This document shows positions 39,481 to 51,348 of a DNA stretch of 64,000 bases, piece after piece (the first letter of the stretch is position 1; every line of letters starts with the position of its first letter). Under the pieces are notes generated by a model. The model had not been told where the DNA came from and did not search any database. It was given only the letters and a program-made list of their open reading frames with translations. The stretch spans positions 1-64,000 of the forward strand of contig CAJFCJ010000036.1 in assembly GCA_904063045.1 (NCBI GenBank), in the 5' to 3' direction. Position numbers and translations under genes: made by a program. The stretch comes from Dimorphilus gyrociliatus (taxonomy: Eukaryota; Animalia; Annelida).

Positions 39481-39625
39481 GAGTTAAATGGTTTTCAACC
39501 TGACAATTTTGTAGTTGATTTTGAATTAGATATATAGAGTGCTCTTAACTTAGTGTACAATATAATCATATTCAAGGTTGTGTCTTCCATTGGACACAAG
39601 CTGTCTACAGCAAAATTCAAGTGAG
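39481..39625 (+). mobile_element. MULE (Mutator-like) transposase relic, central part
   Basis: FQPDNFVVDFE...*SALN...QGCVFHWTQAVYSKIQ matches the MULE DFE...GC.FH..QA..RKIQ motif. Confidence 0.7.
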
Positions 39626-39952
39626 CTTTTATTTAAATTCATTTTTTTGCTTTATTATTAAATTATTATAGAATTTGAGATATTTTCAACAATATAATAT
39701 AACAACATTAATGATATAATTCATATTTGATATTCTTTATATAAAACAGTACAGTCCATGTTTTAGTAATACCTTTTAAAACCTTTCTCTATTTACAAAA
39801 TATAAAAAAATTTGTAGCTCCTCACTATAACAATATAATATATCATAAATTATTATTCATATGTTTGGAAAAAGTTGAAATATCAACAGATGAATAATAC
39901 AAGATAGAGCTACAATTGTAGAAAATAAGAATAAAAAAGTCCTGTATTCAAA

Positions 39953-41833
39953 ATGGCTGCCAAGTCATCTATCACATATGAAAAACAAATTAAATGTTCA
40001 AAATGCTTGGAATTGTTGGCAAAAAATGATCAAAAAATGCTACCTTGTCAACACACATGTTGTTTTCAAAGTATTCAACCATTAACAGAGGAAAATCATG
40101 AATTCTGCTGTCTTGACAAAAACAATACAAATCAATGTCAACATCAATCTTTGAAGAAAAAATGGGGAAACCAATTTTTGAAAATTTGTAATGGACTTCA
40201 AATGTCATCAAACACCTTGAAAAATCTTCATTTAGACCACTGTTATTTAAATCAAGAACAAAATAAAGAGATTGGAAATTTCCTGAAACATTGTTCCACA
40301 CTGGAAAGAATCAGTCTAACAGGAAATAAAAATATGGGAAATGGATTATTAAATATTTGTGAAGGACTTCAAATGTCATCGAACACTCTGAAGATTCTTC
40401 ATTTAGCTTGGTGTTATTTAAAAAAAGAACAATGTAAAGAGATTGGAAATATGCTGAAATGTTGTTCCATACTGGAAACAATCAATCTAGCATGGAATAG
40501 AAATATGGGAAATGGATTTATAAATATTTTTGAAGGACTTCAAATGTCATCAAACACTCTGAAGAATCTTTATTTTAATCAATGCGATTTAAATGAAGAA
40601 CAAAGTGCAGAGTTTGGAAATTTGCTGAAACATTGTTCCACACTGGAAACAATCAATCTAGCATATAACAGAAATATGGGGAATGAGTTTATAAATATTT
40701 GTGAAGGACTTCAAATGTCATCAAGCACCTTGAAAAATCTTCATTTAGAAGAGTGTGATTTAAAAGAAGAACAAAGTGCAGAGTTTGGAAATATGTTGAA
40801 ACATTGTTCCACACTGGAAACAATCAGTCTAGCAGGGAATAGAAATATGGGGAATGGATTATTAAGTATTTGTGAAGGACTTCAAATGTCATCAAACACC
40901 TTGAAAAATCTTCATTTAGGTTACTGTTATTTAAATGAAACACAATGTAAAGAGATTGGAAATATGTTGAAACATTGTTCCACACTGGAAACAATCAGTC
41001 TAGCAGGGAATAGAAATATGGGGAATGGATTATTAAGTATTTGTGAAGGACTTCAAATGTCATCAAGCACATTGAAAAAACTTCATTTAGATTACTGTGA
41101 TTTAAATATAGAACAAGGTAAAGAGATTGGAAATATGCTGAAACATTGTTCCACACTGGAAAGAATCAGTTTAACAGGGAATAGAAACATGGGAAATGGA
41201 TTATTAAATATTTGTGAAGGACTTCAAATGTCATCGAACACTCTGAAGATTCTTCATTTAGCTTGGTGTTATTTAAAAAAAGAACAATGTAAAGAGATTG
41301 GAAATATGCTGAAACGTTGTTCCATACTGGAAACAATCAATCTAGCATGGAATAGAAATATGGAAAATGGATTTATAAATATTTTTGAAGGACTTAAAAT
41401 GTCATCAAACACTCTGAAGAATCTTTATTTTAATCAATGCGATTTAAATGAAGAACAAGGTAAGGAGTTTGGAAATTTGCTGAAACATTGTTCCATACTG
41501 GAAACAATTAATCTAGCAAAGAATAGTAAAATAGGAATTGGATTTTTAAATATTTTTGAAGGACTTCAAATGTCATCAAACACCCTGAAGAAACTTGATT
41601 TTCATGAGTGTGGTTTAAATGAAGAACAAGGTAACGAGATTGGAAATTTGCTGAAACATTGTTTCACCCTGGAAAAAATCAATCTAGAATGGAATAGAAA
41701 AATAGGAAATGGATTTTCAAATATTTTTGAAGGACTTAAAATGTCATCAAAAACTCTGAAGATTCTTCATTTAAATAACTGTGATTTAAATGAAGAACAA
41801 ATTGCAGAGTTTAGAAATCTTTGCAATGGATAA
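39953..41833 (+). CDS. Intronless degenerate-RING plus ribonuclease-inhibitor-type LRR protein (626 aa)
   Basis: N-terminal CSKC...LPCQHTCC RING-like motif, followed by ten 57-aa units (28+29 LRR pairs, GLQMSSNTLKNLHL..C). Confidence 0.88.
   Translation: MAAKSSITYEKQIKCSKCLELLAKNDQKMLPCQHTCCFQSIQPLTEENHEFCCLDKNNTNQCQHQSLKKKWGNQFLKICNGLQMSSNTLKNLHLDHCYLNQEQNKEIGNFLKHCSTLERISLTGNKNMGNGLLNICEGLQMSSNTLKILHLAWCYLKKEQCKEIGNMLKCCSILETINLAWNRNMGNGFINIFEGLQMSSNTLKNLYFNQCDLNEEQSAEFGNLLKHCSTLETINLAYNRNMGNEFINICEGLQMSSSTLKNLHLEECDLKEEQSAEFGNMLKHCSTLETISLAGNRNMGNGLLSICEGLQMSSNTLKNLHLGYCYLNETQCKEIGNMLKHCSTLETISLAGNRNMGNGLLSICEGLQMSSSTLKKLHLDYCDLNIEQGKEIGNMLKHCSTLERISLTGNRNMGNGLLNICEGLQMSSNTLKILHLAWCYLKKEQCKEIGNMLKRCSILETINLAWNRNMENGFINIFEGLKMSSNTLKNLYFNQCDLNEEQGKEFGNLLKHCSILETINLAKNSKIGIGFLNIFEGLQMSSNTLKKLDFHECGLNEEQGNEIGNLLKHCFTLEKINLEWNRKIGNGFSNIFEGLKMSSKTLKILHLNNCDLNEEQIAEFRNLCNG
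40170..41825 (+). repeat. Coding tandem repeat, 171-bp unit, ~10 copies
   Basis: GGACTTCAAATGTCATC recurs with 171-bp periodicity and corresponds to the 57-aa LRR pair. Confidence 0.9.
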
Positions 41834-42014
41834 GACGAAAAATGTCCTAACCCTAACCTAGCCCTTGGCTGTATCTAACTTTTTCCATTACCCGTAACCC
41901 TTAGAGAAGACCCTTGTAAGTACAAATCAGTTGCTGTCTTCTTCTTCCTAACCATTTCTAAATCAGAAATCTGGTCTTGAAATTTCTCATTTGTGAACAT
42001 TTTCTGTCAACGTC
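41828..42014. mobile_element. MITE (9676 family, inverted orientation) with 9-bp TSD
   Basis: Reverse-complement match to 9676-9882. The direct repeat CTTTGCAAT flanks it at 41819-41827 and 42015-42023. Confidence 0.85.
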
Positions 42015-42779
42015 CTTTGCAATAAACAAGAGCTTCAACTTATGGTCACTTGCAAAAACTAACATTCTTTCTTTGCCAGAATAAATATTTTTCTTTGAAA
42101 AATTCAAATGGCACATAAAGGAAATTGATAGATTGAGGCAGTTCAATGATGAAACTGTTCAATGTTTTGTTAGAAGAAGTAAAGAACTTGTGGAAAAATT
42201 CCTTCCATTCAATACTACTGAAATCGCTTGTGTTACTGAAAGAGTGAAAGAGCTTCCTAAATGTTTTAAGGAATGGTTTTAAAGTAAAAATTGTTAATCA
42301 AGCAGAAAAAGATGGAAAGATTATCTCAGTTAACCACTATATTAAATTGGCAAAGGGAGCAGAAATATTTTTTGATAATGAACGAAAGGAAGTCAAAAAT
42401 GAGATGGGTTAGGTTAGGGTTCGAGGGAGGTCCTTTTTAATTGATTATTGGAATATGATTCTTGGAGCTTGCTTTTTATTTGTTAATAAAAATTTTTGTG
42501 TACTAGGCTATTAAACACATTGATATTGTCAATTGAAATATTAATTTTTTGAAGGTTTTGTTATTATTTTCCAACTTGAATATATTAATCAGCAAAAATA
42601 TTTTAAAGAAACTATATTAAAACTCTTTACATAAGAAGAAAAGAGAAAAATTATATAATAATGAAGATACTAGAACTTAAAACTGATTGCATTCTGAGAA
42701 ACACAGCATTTAGAGCAAAAAATTCTTAACTAGTTAATTGACTATATGGACATGCAGTTGATTTTTGGAGATTTCTTTG

Positions 42780-42880
42780 TTCCTAGTACTTGGTCAGTTT
42801 ACAAGAGAAATAGATAATTCTAACAATGACTTGGAGGGTTGGCATAATAGATTGAATAAAAATGCATCTGCTTCTTCTAT
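42780..42880 (+). mobile_element. MULE transposase relic, C-terminal part
   Basis: WSVY...NNDLEGWHNRLNK matches the MULE W.V....RTNN..EGWH..LN motif. Confidence 0.65.
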
Positions 42881-43344
42881 TTATTATAAAAGAGTTGAAA
42901 CAGATATTGTCAAATATTGAGATGAATTTGATGTTGAGGGAAAACAACTGCAAAGGTAATTATTCATTTTTTGTTAAAAACACATACATATTTACATAAG
43001 TACATATTATGAAACTATGATTAGTATTTAAGCAATGTAAGAACAGCAAGTCAAGTTACATCATGTATTTTGTCTTATGCATAAATAATTAGGTAATGAT
43101 GTGTTAACAATGCATCAGTCCTATTCGTGTTGATAAATTCTTTATATAATAGTTGTGAGGATAGGTGTGAGAATTGAAAATTCTTGTCAAATGTTATTCA
43201 ATGGTGGCGAGGAGTTCTTGTAGATGAAGATTCCCAAATTTTCATAGAATATCGAAATCATGAAAAATTTTTATTTCACAAACATTTTGATTAAGGAAAA
43301 TGCAATTTGAAGCAAAATCAATAAATCTTCTACTAGAAGAACCA

Positions 43345-46300
43345 TTACGAACAGTATCCTATACTATTAGCATCCTTTTTATATAAAATAACGAAATGTT
43401 GGTTAGTTGATTCTGTAAGATATTCTATTAAATTTGGAAGAATTGCAAAAGTGCTGAATTGACATTTCCTCAAAGTATCTGAATACATTATACTTTCGCA
43501 TTCATTTTCTTTGATACAAGCTTTTAAACACTCCATTAAATTTAAGTTCACTTTTGTTGAGAAGATATAGGCTGATTTGATTGATCTTCTGCCGTAATTC
43601 AAATGATGGTTGACTAAAAATAAAGAAATATACATTAATATTATAATTATCATCCTTATTATCGTTGTCAATATCATACTAGAATTACTCGTGATTATTT
43701 CTTTACTGATAACATAAAAATTACAAATGTAATATGACTCATTCACTAATAAAATTCTTAAATATTTTGCAACTATTTCCTGCCGACAAGAAAATGTAAA
43801 GAATGTCGGATTGATAACTTTCGAAATACTCTTGACACTTGTACAAAGTATGTTTGTTGATGAATATTTCACACCAAAAATTTCCATACCAGATGAAACA
43901 TTTAAAGTTTTAGCTATAGAAAATCCAACAGCAGTAATTTTATATTGAAATGGTAATTGAATATAGAATTCTTGACTAGCAATTAAGTAATTACAAAATG
44001 AGTTGGGATTTAATTGTAGAGTGTTTAATGAATATCTATATGAGGCATTTGAAAATGTGCCCAAGTCTAAAACAATATAAAATTTTCATATAAAAAGAGA
44101 AAATATAGGTCAATATAAAATAACAAACTGCTTATATTATAAGATTCTCTTCTACCAAGAACATATATTTCACAAACTTTCATTATATTATTTCCACCAA
44201 TTTTATAAAATGATACTCTATCACCAACAGATTTGCATTCATATAATAAATGCTCCCTTTGTGAATCATTTTTCAAAGAGCAAATTTGCCTTTGTAATAT
44301 TGTATTGAAAATTTCAACTGCAACTTGAACATTTTCAAAATTTTCTTTATTTTTTTTTATGAATAAAAGAAAAAAATTATTGAATTGACATACGCAAAAA
44401 CTAGAACAACTAGATTATTACCTTTAAGGAGAGGAAGCGAAAGAATAGTAACAACTTGATTTATCATATATAGATCATTCATATAAACGGTTATTCTTCC
44501 TTCTATGTTATCATTTGTTAAAGTTCCACTACACGAAAGAAATTGACCTAGTTTTTCAATATTTTCTGATAAACCATCTATGATTTTTAAAGGGAACTGT
44601 TCATTAGTATCTCTATTGGAAAAGCTGTTACTGTCAACTTTTCTATCACTTTTAATCAGAGGTAAAAGGGATAAATCATCATCAATAATTTCTTCACCAT
44701 AAGCTTCAGCTTCAAGAATATTAAAATATTGATCATCTGAATGAAGATATAATATAATAAAACGACCAATTGGATTTGGCTGCTGACAATCCCACAATCT
44801 ATATTCGCCACTTTCAAATTCGTCATTATTAATGAAACATATTTTGGAATAGTATAATTGATAATCAATACTAAAATCTTGATAGTTTGATACTAATCCT
44901 CTGATATATCTTGCTCTATTTGCAACTGAAATAAACAAAGGTCATAAGAGTTAATACAATTTCCTTATTTTTATGATTATTACTCATCATACATACAATT
45001 CTGATGTCTATTTGCTATAGCTATTCTAAACAATCTATATATTCCAAGCATATCTATCCTTGCCCAGGGTTTCTTTTTATTGAGCGTATGAAAATATGCC
45101 TCATAGAATCCATCTGTTAGTAAATAGGCGTAATAATGATTTAGAGTATCAGATGCCCATGTAGGCTTATGTAGTAAGATATTAGTATTTATTTGGTTAG
45201 AAGGTGCTAAATAATATCCAAATATTTTAATTTCTCCTATTACAACTTTCTCATAGGGCGTTTGTGTTGAACGAAATACAACAAATTGACCTTTTACACC
45301 TCCTTTTGAGCACATAAATGAATAGTAATCATCCAAACTTATTACATCAAAGATCTTTTTTGCGCACAGGGTAGATTTTGTTGAATTATAAACTAAAGCA
45401 GGATTTTCATTTGTCAATTCAATATAAAAGTTTTTAAAGTAAATTAAATTATATAAATTAGGTTTTACATCTAAACCAAAAACATTATAGTAGGATAAGA
45501 GATTAATAGCAATCCAATAGTTAATCCCTAATCTTATTTCTAGACTCGCAGTAGTAGAACCATCAACTAATGTTTGCATAGAACCAACTGTATATTTAGA
45601 TATAGCAGGCTTTAAATAAGCTATATTATCTATATAAAAAATAAACCAATATAAAACATTCATTAATTCAATTTTACATTTACTTGATAATATTTCTATT
45701 TCACAAAGATGGAGATGATTATCCAGTTTTGGTTCAATTGTCACGTGACTATGTTCTTTTATCTGTAAATTTTTACATAAAACTTCAGTTGATGAATCAT
45801 TGTTTACTTGAATATTGTCCGCGCATAAATTTTCAGGCCAATATACGTAAATTTTTAACAATTGATTGACTGGAAAAAATAAAATTGTATAAAGATTTTA
45901 GAAAATAAATTAGTATCTTTTAAAAAAGAATTACCATTTTCGTTCGTCGGCCATAAAATGACTTTATTAATAAAATGATAGCCTGACAATTTGATTGTAA
46001 GCTTAGTTTGTAATGAATTACTTGGTTTCAATATTACACAAGAACCTAATGATATATCATTGTTGAATATACCATCAACAACATTCTTTGGATTATATAG
46101 GTCACTATCATATTTTCCAACATAATAAACTTGGCTATTAAATGCCATATTCTTACTCCCACTAATATGCTGAAAGCATATCAGCCTATACAATTCTGAA
46201 TTTGAATTTCTTGCATATAAATTTTTAGCTAACTGAAATATTTCTCCAGCATAATTATTAAATTGTTTAATGGTCATTAATTTCTCATTTGAATCAGGTT

Positions 46301-46845
46301 TAAACAATTCTGTAAAGCAGCCATTTTCTAACCAAATTAAAGTATAACATTCTTCCATTGGTGGTGGTAAACTTGAATTTGAACCGCAAACTCCTAGTTT
46401 TTTGTCTAAACAACAACAAACATGCTCCATTTTACTTTTTATTATGCATTCTTACCTTTTCGAATAATTAATGTAGAATTTACATAGTCAGTTGACAATG
46501 GAAAAGATATCTCACTGTAAAGTTGACATTGAGAAATTCTTGATGAATTATCATATTTTAATAAAACTCCTACACAGTCCAATTGTTTATTTTCTATACA
46601 ATTTTTAAAGCATTGAATAATTGAAATATTGAGAATGATCATATTATGATGAGTAGTTTCAATACTTTTATATTTTCTTAGAATCAGATTCTTTCCTATT
46701 TTATAAATAATAAATAAAAAAACTATTAAAATATTAACTTTTTTGTCGTTTTGTTACTGTTGTTGCAAATTTCTTCTCCAAATTCCAATAGACATCTACA
46801 TTGACCCATTGTACAAGTTTCAAAATTTGAACAATGTTCTTCACT
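43345..46845 (-). CDS. Multidomain extracellular protein E: EGF-like, PAN, Cys module, ~5 F-type-lectin/F5/8-like domains, PAN; 5' end unresolved
   Basis: EGF-like CSSEEHCSNFETCTMGQCRC, PAN (CFKNCIENKQLDCVG...CQLY), repeated N.A..KP...DG...W..IDL...LCEIE units and a C-terminal PAN (ECLKACIKENECESIMY...CQF). Confidence 0.75.
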
Positions 46846-48162
46846 TGAACAGATCTTTTCTGCTCACAAAAGAAAGGTTTTCAAAGAAATTTTAAACCAA
46901 CTTATTTGAATACACTACTCTAAAATTTAAAGTTAATATACCTGAATTTTTGAATTTTAACAGTAGAAAAAGTAAAATTACTACTTTCAAGTTGGTCATG
47001 TTTAAAGCGGAAATAACTGTTTTTAATGAAATACCGAATTATTAATAATTATATTGAGATGTACACAAAAGATAAATGATTCATAACATAAATCTCCAAT
47101 AACTGGTAAAATATTTAATTTAGTAATTAACTAATTATTCATGTTTTCTTCATTAAACAAAACTTATTGTTTATCTGAAATTCAATATTATTAAGAATTC
47201 ATCATTTATAGATTATAAGTTTATATTTATCATTATGGATGAAAGATCATAGATCCACCTTCCCAAAATGTTTGTCTAAAATTAAGTGCTGAGAACTTTT
47301 TTTTCAAAATGTTTTTATTCTAAAAACTATATCTATCTATTGTAAATATTACGGTTAACAAGACGTCATTCATAACAAATTTCTCATCTTCTCTTCCATT
47401 TGTTCAAGTGAAAGTATAAGTGATTACTTAACTAATGCAAATTTCTTTGTTTATGCAGACATTAGAAAACTGGGAGAAAGCTTATTTAATAATTAGTAAT
47501 ATAAGTTTATTGATTGCCTTCAACTCATATCATATCTATTTGTCAACTTCATTTGTCAACATCTCTGATCTGCAGTATTCAATGTCATTAAATTAACTAA
47601 ACAAATATGACTTATGACATATATTTTATATAATACATATTTGAATAAGCATTAAATTTCAATATTAATTCATGTTTGTCATACTTGAATATTCAATTTC
47701 TATATTTTTATTTGTAGTTATAATTGAACATTAAACTTTAATTTTTATATAATCAATGTAATTATCAAGAACAGATCTCTACCATTTTTCATTCATGTAA
47801 TCTAGATTTTCTATGTTTTCTCTTCAAGTATATCTCCTTACAAGGAATCTATGTTTTTTTTAGTTTTCTTTTTACTGCAAGAGCAAATCATTGTTTATTT
47901 TTTGTTTCAAATTCTTTTTTGCAGTTTTTATCTCCTAAATTTAAATAATTAGAATTTGACGTTTATGATTTGAAAAAATTAGAAAATTTATTCAAAAGAA
48001 TACGTCATTTTTTCGAATTGATTGAATTATTTTCAATAATAAAATGTGTTGAATTTCTCATTTCAATTTTTCCATTTCCATTACCATTTGGAGATTGCAA
48101 TTCCAAATTTCAACATACACAATCTAATGATTCTTTGACATTTCTTAGATCTTGGGGCTAGA

Positions 48163-48172
48163 GCGCATGCGC
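48163..48172. promoter_or_regulatory. GCGCATGCGC palindrome (NRF1-type core)
   Basis: Exact motif is present. It may instead be coding sequence of an unidentified fragment. Confidence 0.2.
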
Positions 48173-48413
48173 CACACTTGAAATAATAATTTCCGATGAG
48201 ACGTCCTCTCTGAAAACAAACAAGCAATGAAAATTTAGCATTGTAGCAATATGATATAAAACAAAATAATGGTAGCTGAGACATACTTTCATTAGGGCTT
48301 CTTCCATTTTTTCATCGATAGCTCTTTTATTTACATCTTGGAATAAATTTTCATCATTAACCAAATCTTTTTCTTTTTCATGTGTGATCTAACTGTAAAG
48401 AAATTCAACATAA

Positions 48414-48640
48414 AATGGTGAAACTATCAGAAGATATAAATCATTTTCAAAGACCTTAAATGTTCATCTGAAAAATGGCTAAGATTTTTCAAAATGTAGC
48501 TTAATCACTGTTCAAAACATGAAAGAGAATTTTTGAAGAACGTTAAGACGGTAAAAGATAGACCAGGAGGTGATAGACCTAAAATTATGACACTAAAGAT
48601 GGAGAAGCAAATTACCACAACATCCAAGTCAAACCTTAAA
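48414..48640 (+). mobile_element. Highly degraded Tc1-like transposase N-terminal relic
   Basis: MVKLSEDI... then TVKDRPGGDRPKIMT, resembling the Tc1 GRPR linker. Multiple stops. Confidence 0.4.
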
Positions 48641-49068
48641 TGAACAGCCCGGTCAGATATTATATAACTGTGTTATCACGTTCACCGTTGAAAAATAAGC
48701 ATTTTTTCACAGTTTTCACTGAAGATGATGATACAGAAATTTTCCAGTATCACGGCGCTAATTGTCACAGTCACAAAAATAAAGCGCTACTTAAAGAGAA
48801 AAGTCATCAAAAGGTTGCAGCAGCGGCCAGCTGGCAGCCCAGACCTCTATATCATTTAGCCTATATGTTCAAAATGAACATTTTTTTGAAGCTCAGTTGT
48901 ACCCAACAGTAACTATGCTCTCGTCGAAAAAAGGCCTATCATATTAAAATATTGATATTTATGAGATAGATAAGAATCGTATAATATTTCCTCTCTAGAA
49001 TGATAAGAAGAATGGTGTGACAATGACCGCTGACCAGTACTGTATATATACTACAATATCATAATAAT

Positions 49069-49356
49069 CTACTTGATTTGGATAAAAGATTGATTTCTAT
49101 TATTCAAAAAGTATGGCATTAAACTTGAATGGAGGTAATCATATCCAAGAGAGGAGCATATTTGATTTGAAAATGAAAAGTATTGGTTCTCATATTTTAA
49201 ATTATAGGTTTTATTTGTTTTTAGAGATCTCATTCGAACAACTCCTTCAACGTAATTCACATCTTTCAATGATTTACTTGATAATTCAAGTATATCGTTA
49301 TCAGTTAAAACTCTGAAATCTGCAGAAAAAATACAACTTTTCTTTAACTTTTTCAT
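49069..49356 (-). pseudogene. Isolated SRCR-like exon of the giant-receptor family
   Basis: YVEGVVRMRS...NQICSSLGYDY parallels the first SRCR of the 17558 copy (YVEGLL...NILCKEADYD). No downstream exons were seen. Confidence 0.5.
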
Positions 49357-49399
49357 AAAAAACTGAAAGGAAATAAGACACCATTTAAAGATTTTTTAC

Positions 49400-49996
49400 A
49401 ACAGTCAGTGGAAATAAACATTCTTTTGCCCAATGTACTTGGATTGTCATCGAGTTGACAGATATTGATTTTACTATTATTTCTGGTACATCTTTTTAAA
49501 ATTGGATAAACTTCCTTTGAAAATGACTATATTCAAACTAAAATTAACAAGATCAAGATTTAATTTTATACCTTTGAATTGATGTTCAAGTTTTGGCAAG
49601 TAGTTTCTCCCAGTTTAAGATAGGTCTCTTTTTGAAATTTACATCCCTTCAACTCTATTATTTCTATTTGCGAGTTCAAAAAAATAGTTGGTACGGCATG
49701 AAAATATTTGATAAAGACAAAGAATTTATAGGATGATTTTTCAAAAAATCCAAATTTCCAAAATTTATAAACTGTGTTTGATGCAGAGAAAGGTTTGTTA
49801 ATTGTAAAATCTTACTTGAAAAAAAGTATTTATCATTTTTCAAAAAAGCTTTACCATCTGAACAGAGATATTTAAAGATTTTGTCACTAAATGATCTTGG
49901 TAAAGAAAAAGAATACTGCTCACAAATTTTACTTATCAAATATAAATTGTTTCTTAGGATATCCAATGAAATATTCTCCAAAGATTTCACAGGCAT
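49400..49996 (-). pseudogene. Truncated ZYG-11-like LRR gene
   Basis: MPVKSLENISLDILRNNL...SLPRSFSDKIF followed by LRR starts. The ORF stops at 49676, with degraded LRR-like sequence beyond. Confidence 0.5.
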
Positions 49997-50580
49997 AATT
50001 AGAGGGAATTATTATTGTCTCTGAATACAATAATATAATTAACTTGTCAGAGTTATATTGGATAGTATGAACTGGTTGTGTAATTTGACCGTGGTTATGG
50101 CAACTTCCTACAATAGTTACTCAACTGAGTAAGTGATCCACAGCACATAGCAAATAATAGTTTATGAGTCATTGCATGAAAAGCCTATCCATTTATTTGG
50201 TTTCTTTTTTTAAATGTTGAATAAGGCTAATTTTTTAATTAAAACAAATTACTAAAGACACAAACATTTTCTCAAAACAACCATTTTATACGACTAAACA
50301 TTTGTACTTTCATTTATATAACCACAACACAGGCCTACAGTGGTTCTTAAGAAATCTCGTCCATTTTCAAAAACCTTTAACTAAACAAGAAAAAGTTTTA
50401 AAATATACTTGAAAAAATATGTAGGTTGATAAAAACCAAAGAAAATGAATGATAAAGGATGATTCAAGGACAGAAATGAGGAAAAAAGACTTGAAAATGT
50501 CACTTTGAAGGTCAACTGGGAAAAGACATGTTTGTAACATAGTAGTTTTTCATTTATTCTAAAGGCAAAAACCTCTCAAA

Positions 50581-50601
50581 GGGGGTCGACAGAAAACGTC
50601 T
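50581..50601. mobile_element. Solo terminus of the 9676 MITE family
   Basis: GGGGGTCGACAGAAAACGTCT versus AGGGTCAACAGAAAACGTCC. Confidence 0.45.
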
Positions 50602-51348
50602 ATGATTTCACTCAAGTACGGTTTCACCCCGATACAGATTCAGCCCTATTCCTTTCAACTGAATGATTCGTTAGCTTCTTCAGCAGCCTCTTCACATTGC
50701 TGATTGGCTCTCTGAATCAATCTGATAATCTTATATATAACTGATTTTTTATATTTTACTTTTTCATCTTCTCCTATTGACTCTTCAACTATAATAGTGT
50801 CATGTTTATTAAGTTTTTTTTACACCGCATAGAGACTGAATGTCTTGAACTGACAGTAAATTTTCTTGTGTTGTATGTCTTATAATTAGGAATGTTGAAT
50901 GCTTATATTACAATCTTTTAGCAAAAGTGATTGTTTATAATATTTCATCATGAAAATTTTTTACATATTTATTCAAAAATTCAAATATATGATGAAGATA
51001 AAGAGAATACAAATGTAACAGGTTTTCATATCTAAAAGGAAGTAGCTGAAAAGTCATTTCTTATCCACACTATGATTCTTAATCATTGCAACAATCCCCA
51101 TTTCTAAATTTAGGAGCTGAAATCTCTTTAACTGTCTCTTTATTGAAAGTCTTTATTTCATATAAAACACTTGTCTCAGTTTCAGAAAATCATCAAAAGA
51201 ATATACAGGAATATGGAATGCTTTTAAGAAATTTTCTGCAAAATAAAGTGGAATTTATGAAAAATTAATGCCATACATCAATATGTTTGCCTGTGTGTAT
51301 TTAGTAAAAAAATTAATATAGTGGACAGACATTATCATTTTGGATCTA

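Noticed and set aside
40170-41825. Regular tandem repeat as a possible CRISPR array
   Set aside because: The unit is 171 bp, in frame and fully coding, with no repeat-spacer structure or cas genes; the DNA is eukaryotic.
48081-48364. Two short minus-strand ORFs, one with CGAC...C...C
   Set aside because: Cysteine spacing does not fit a zinc-finger family I can name, and no gene model could be built.
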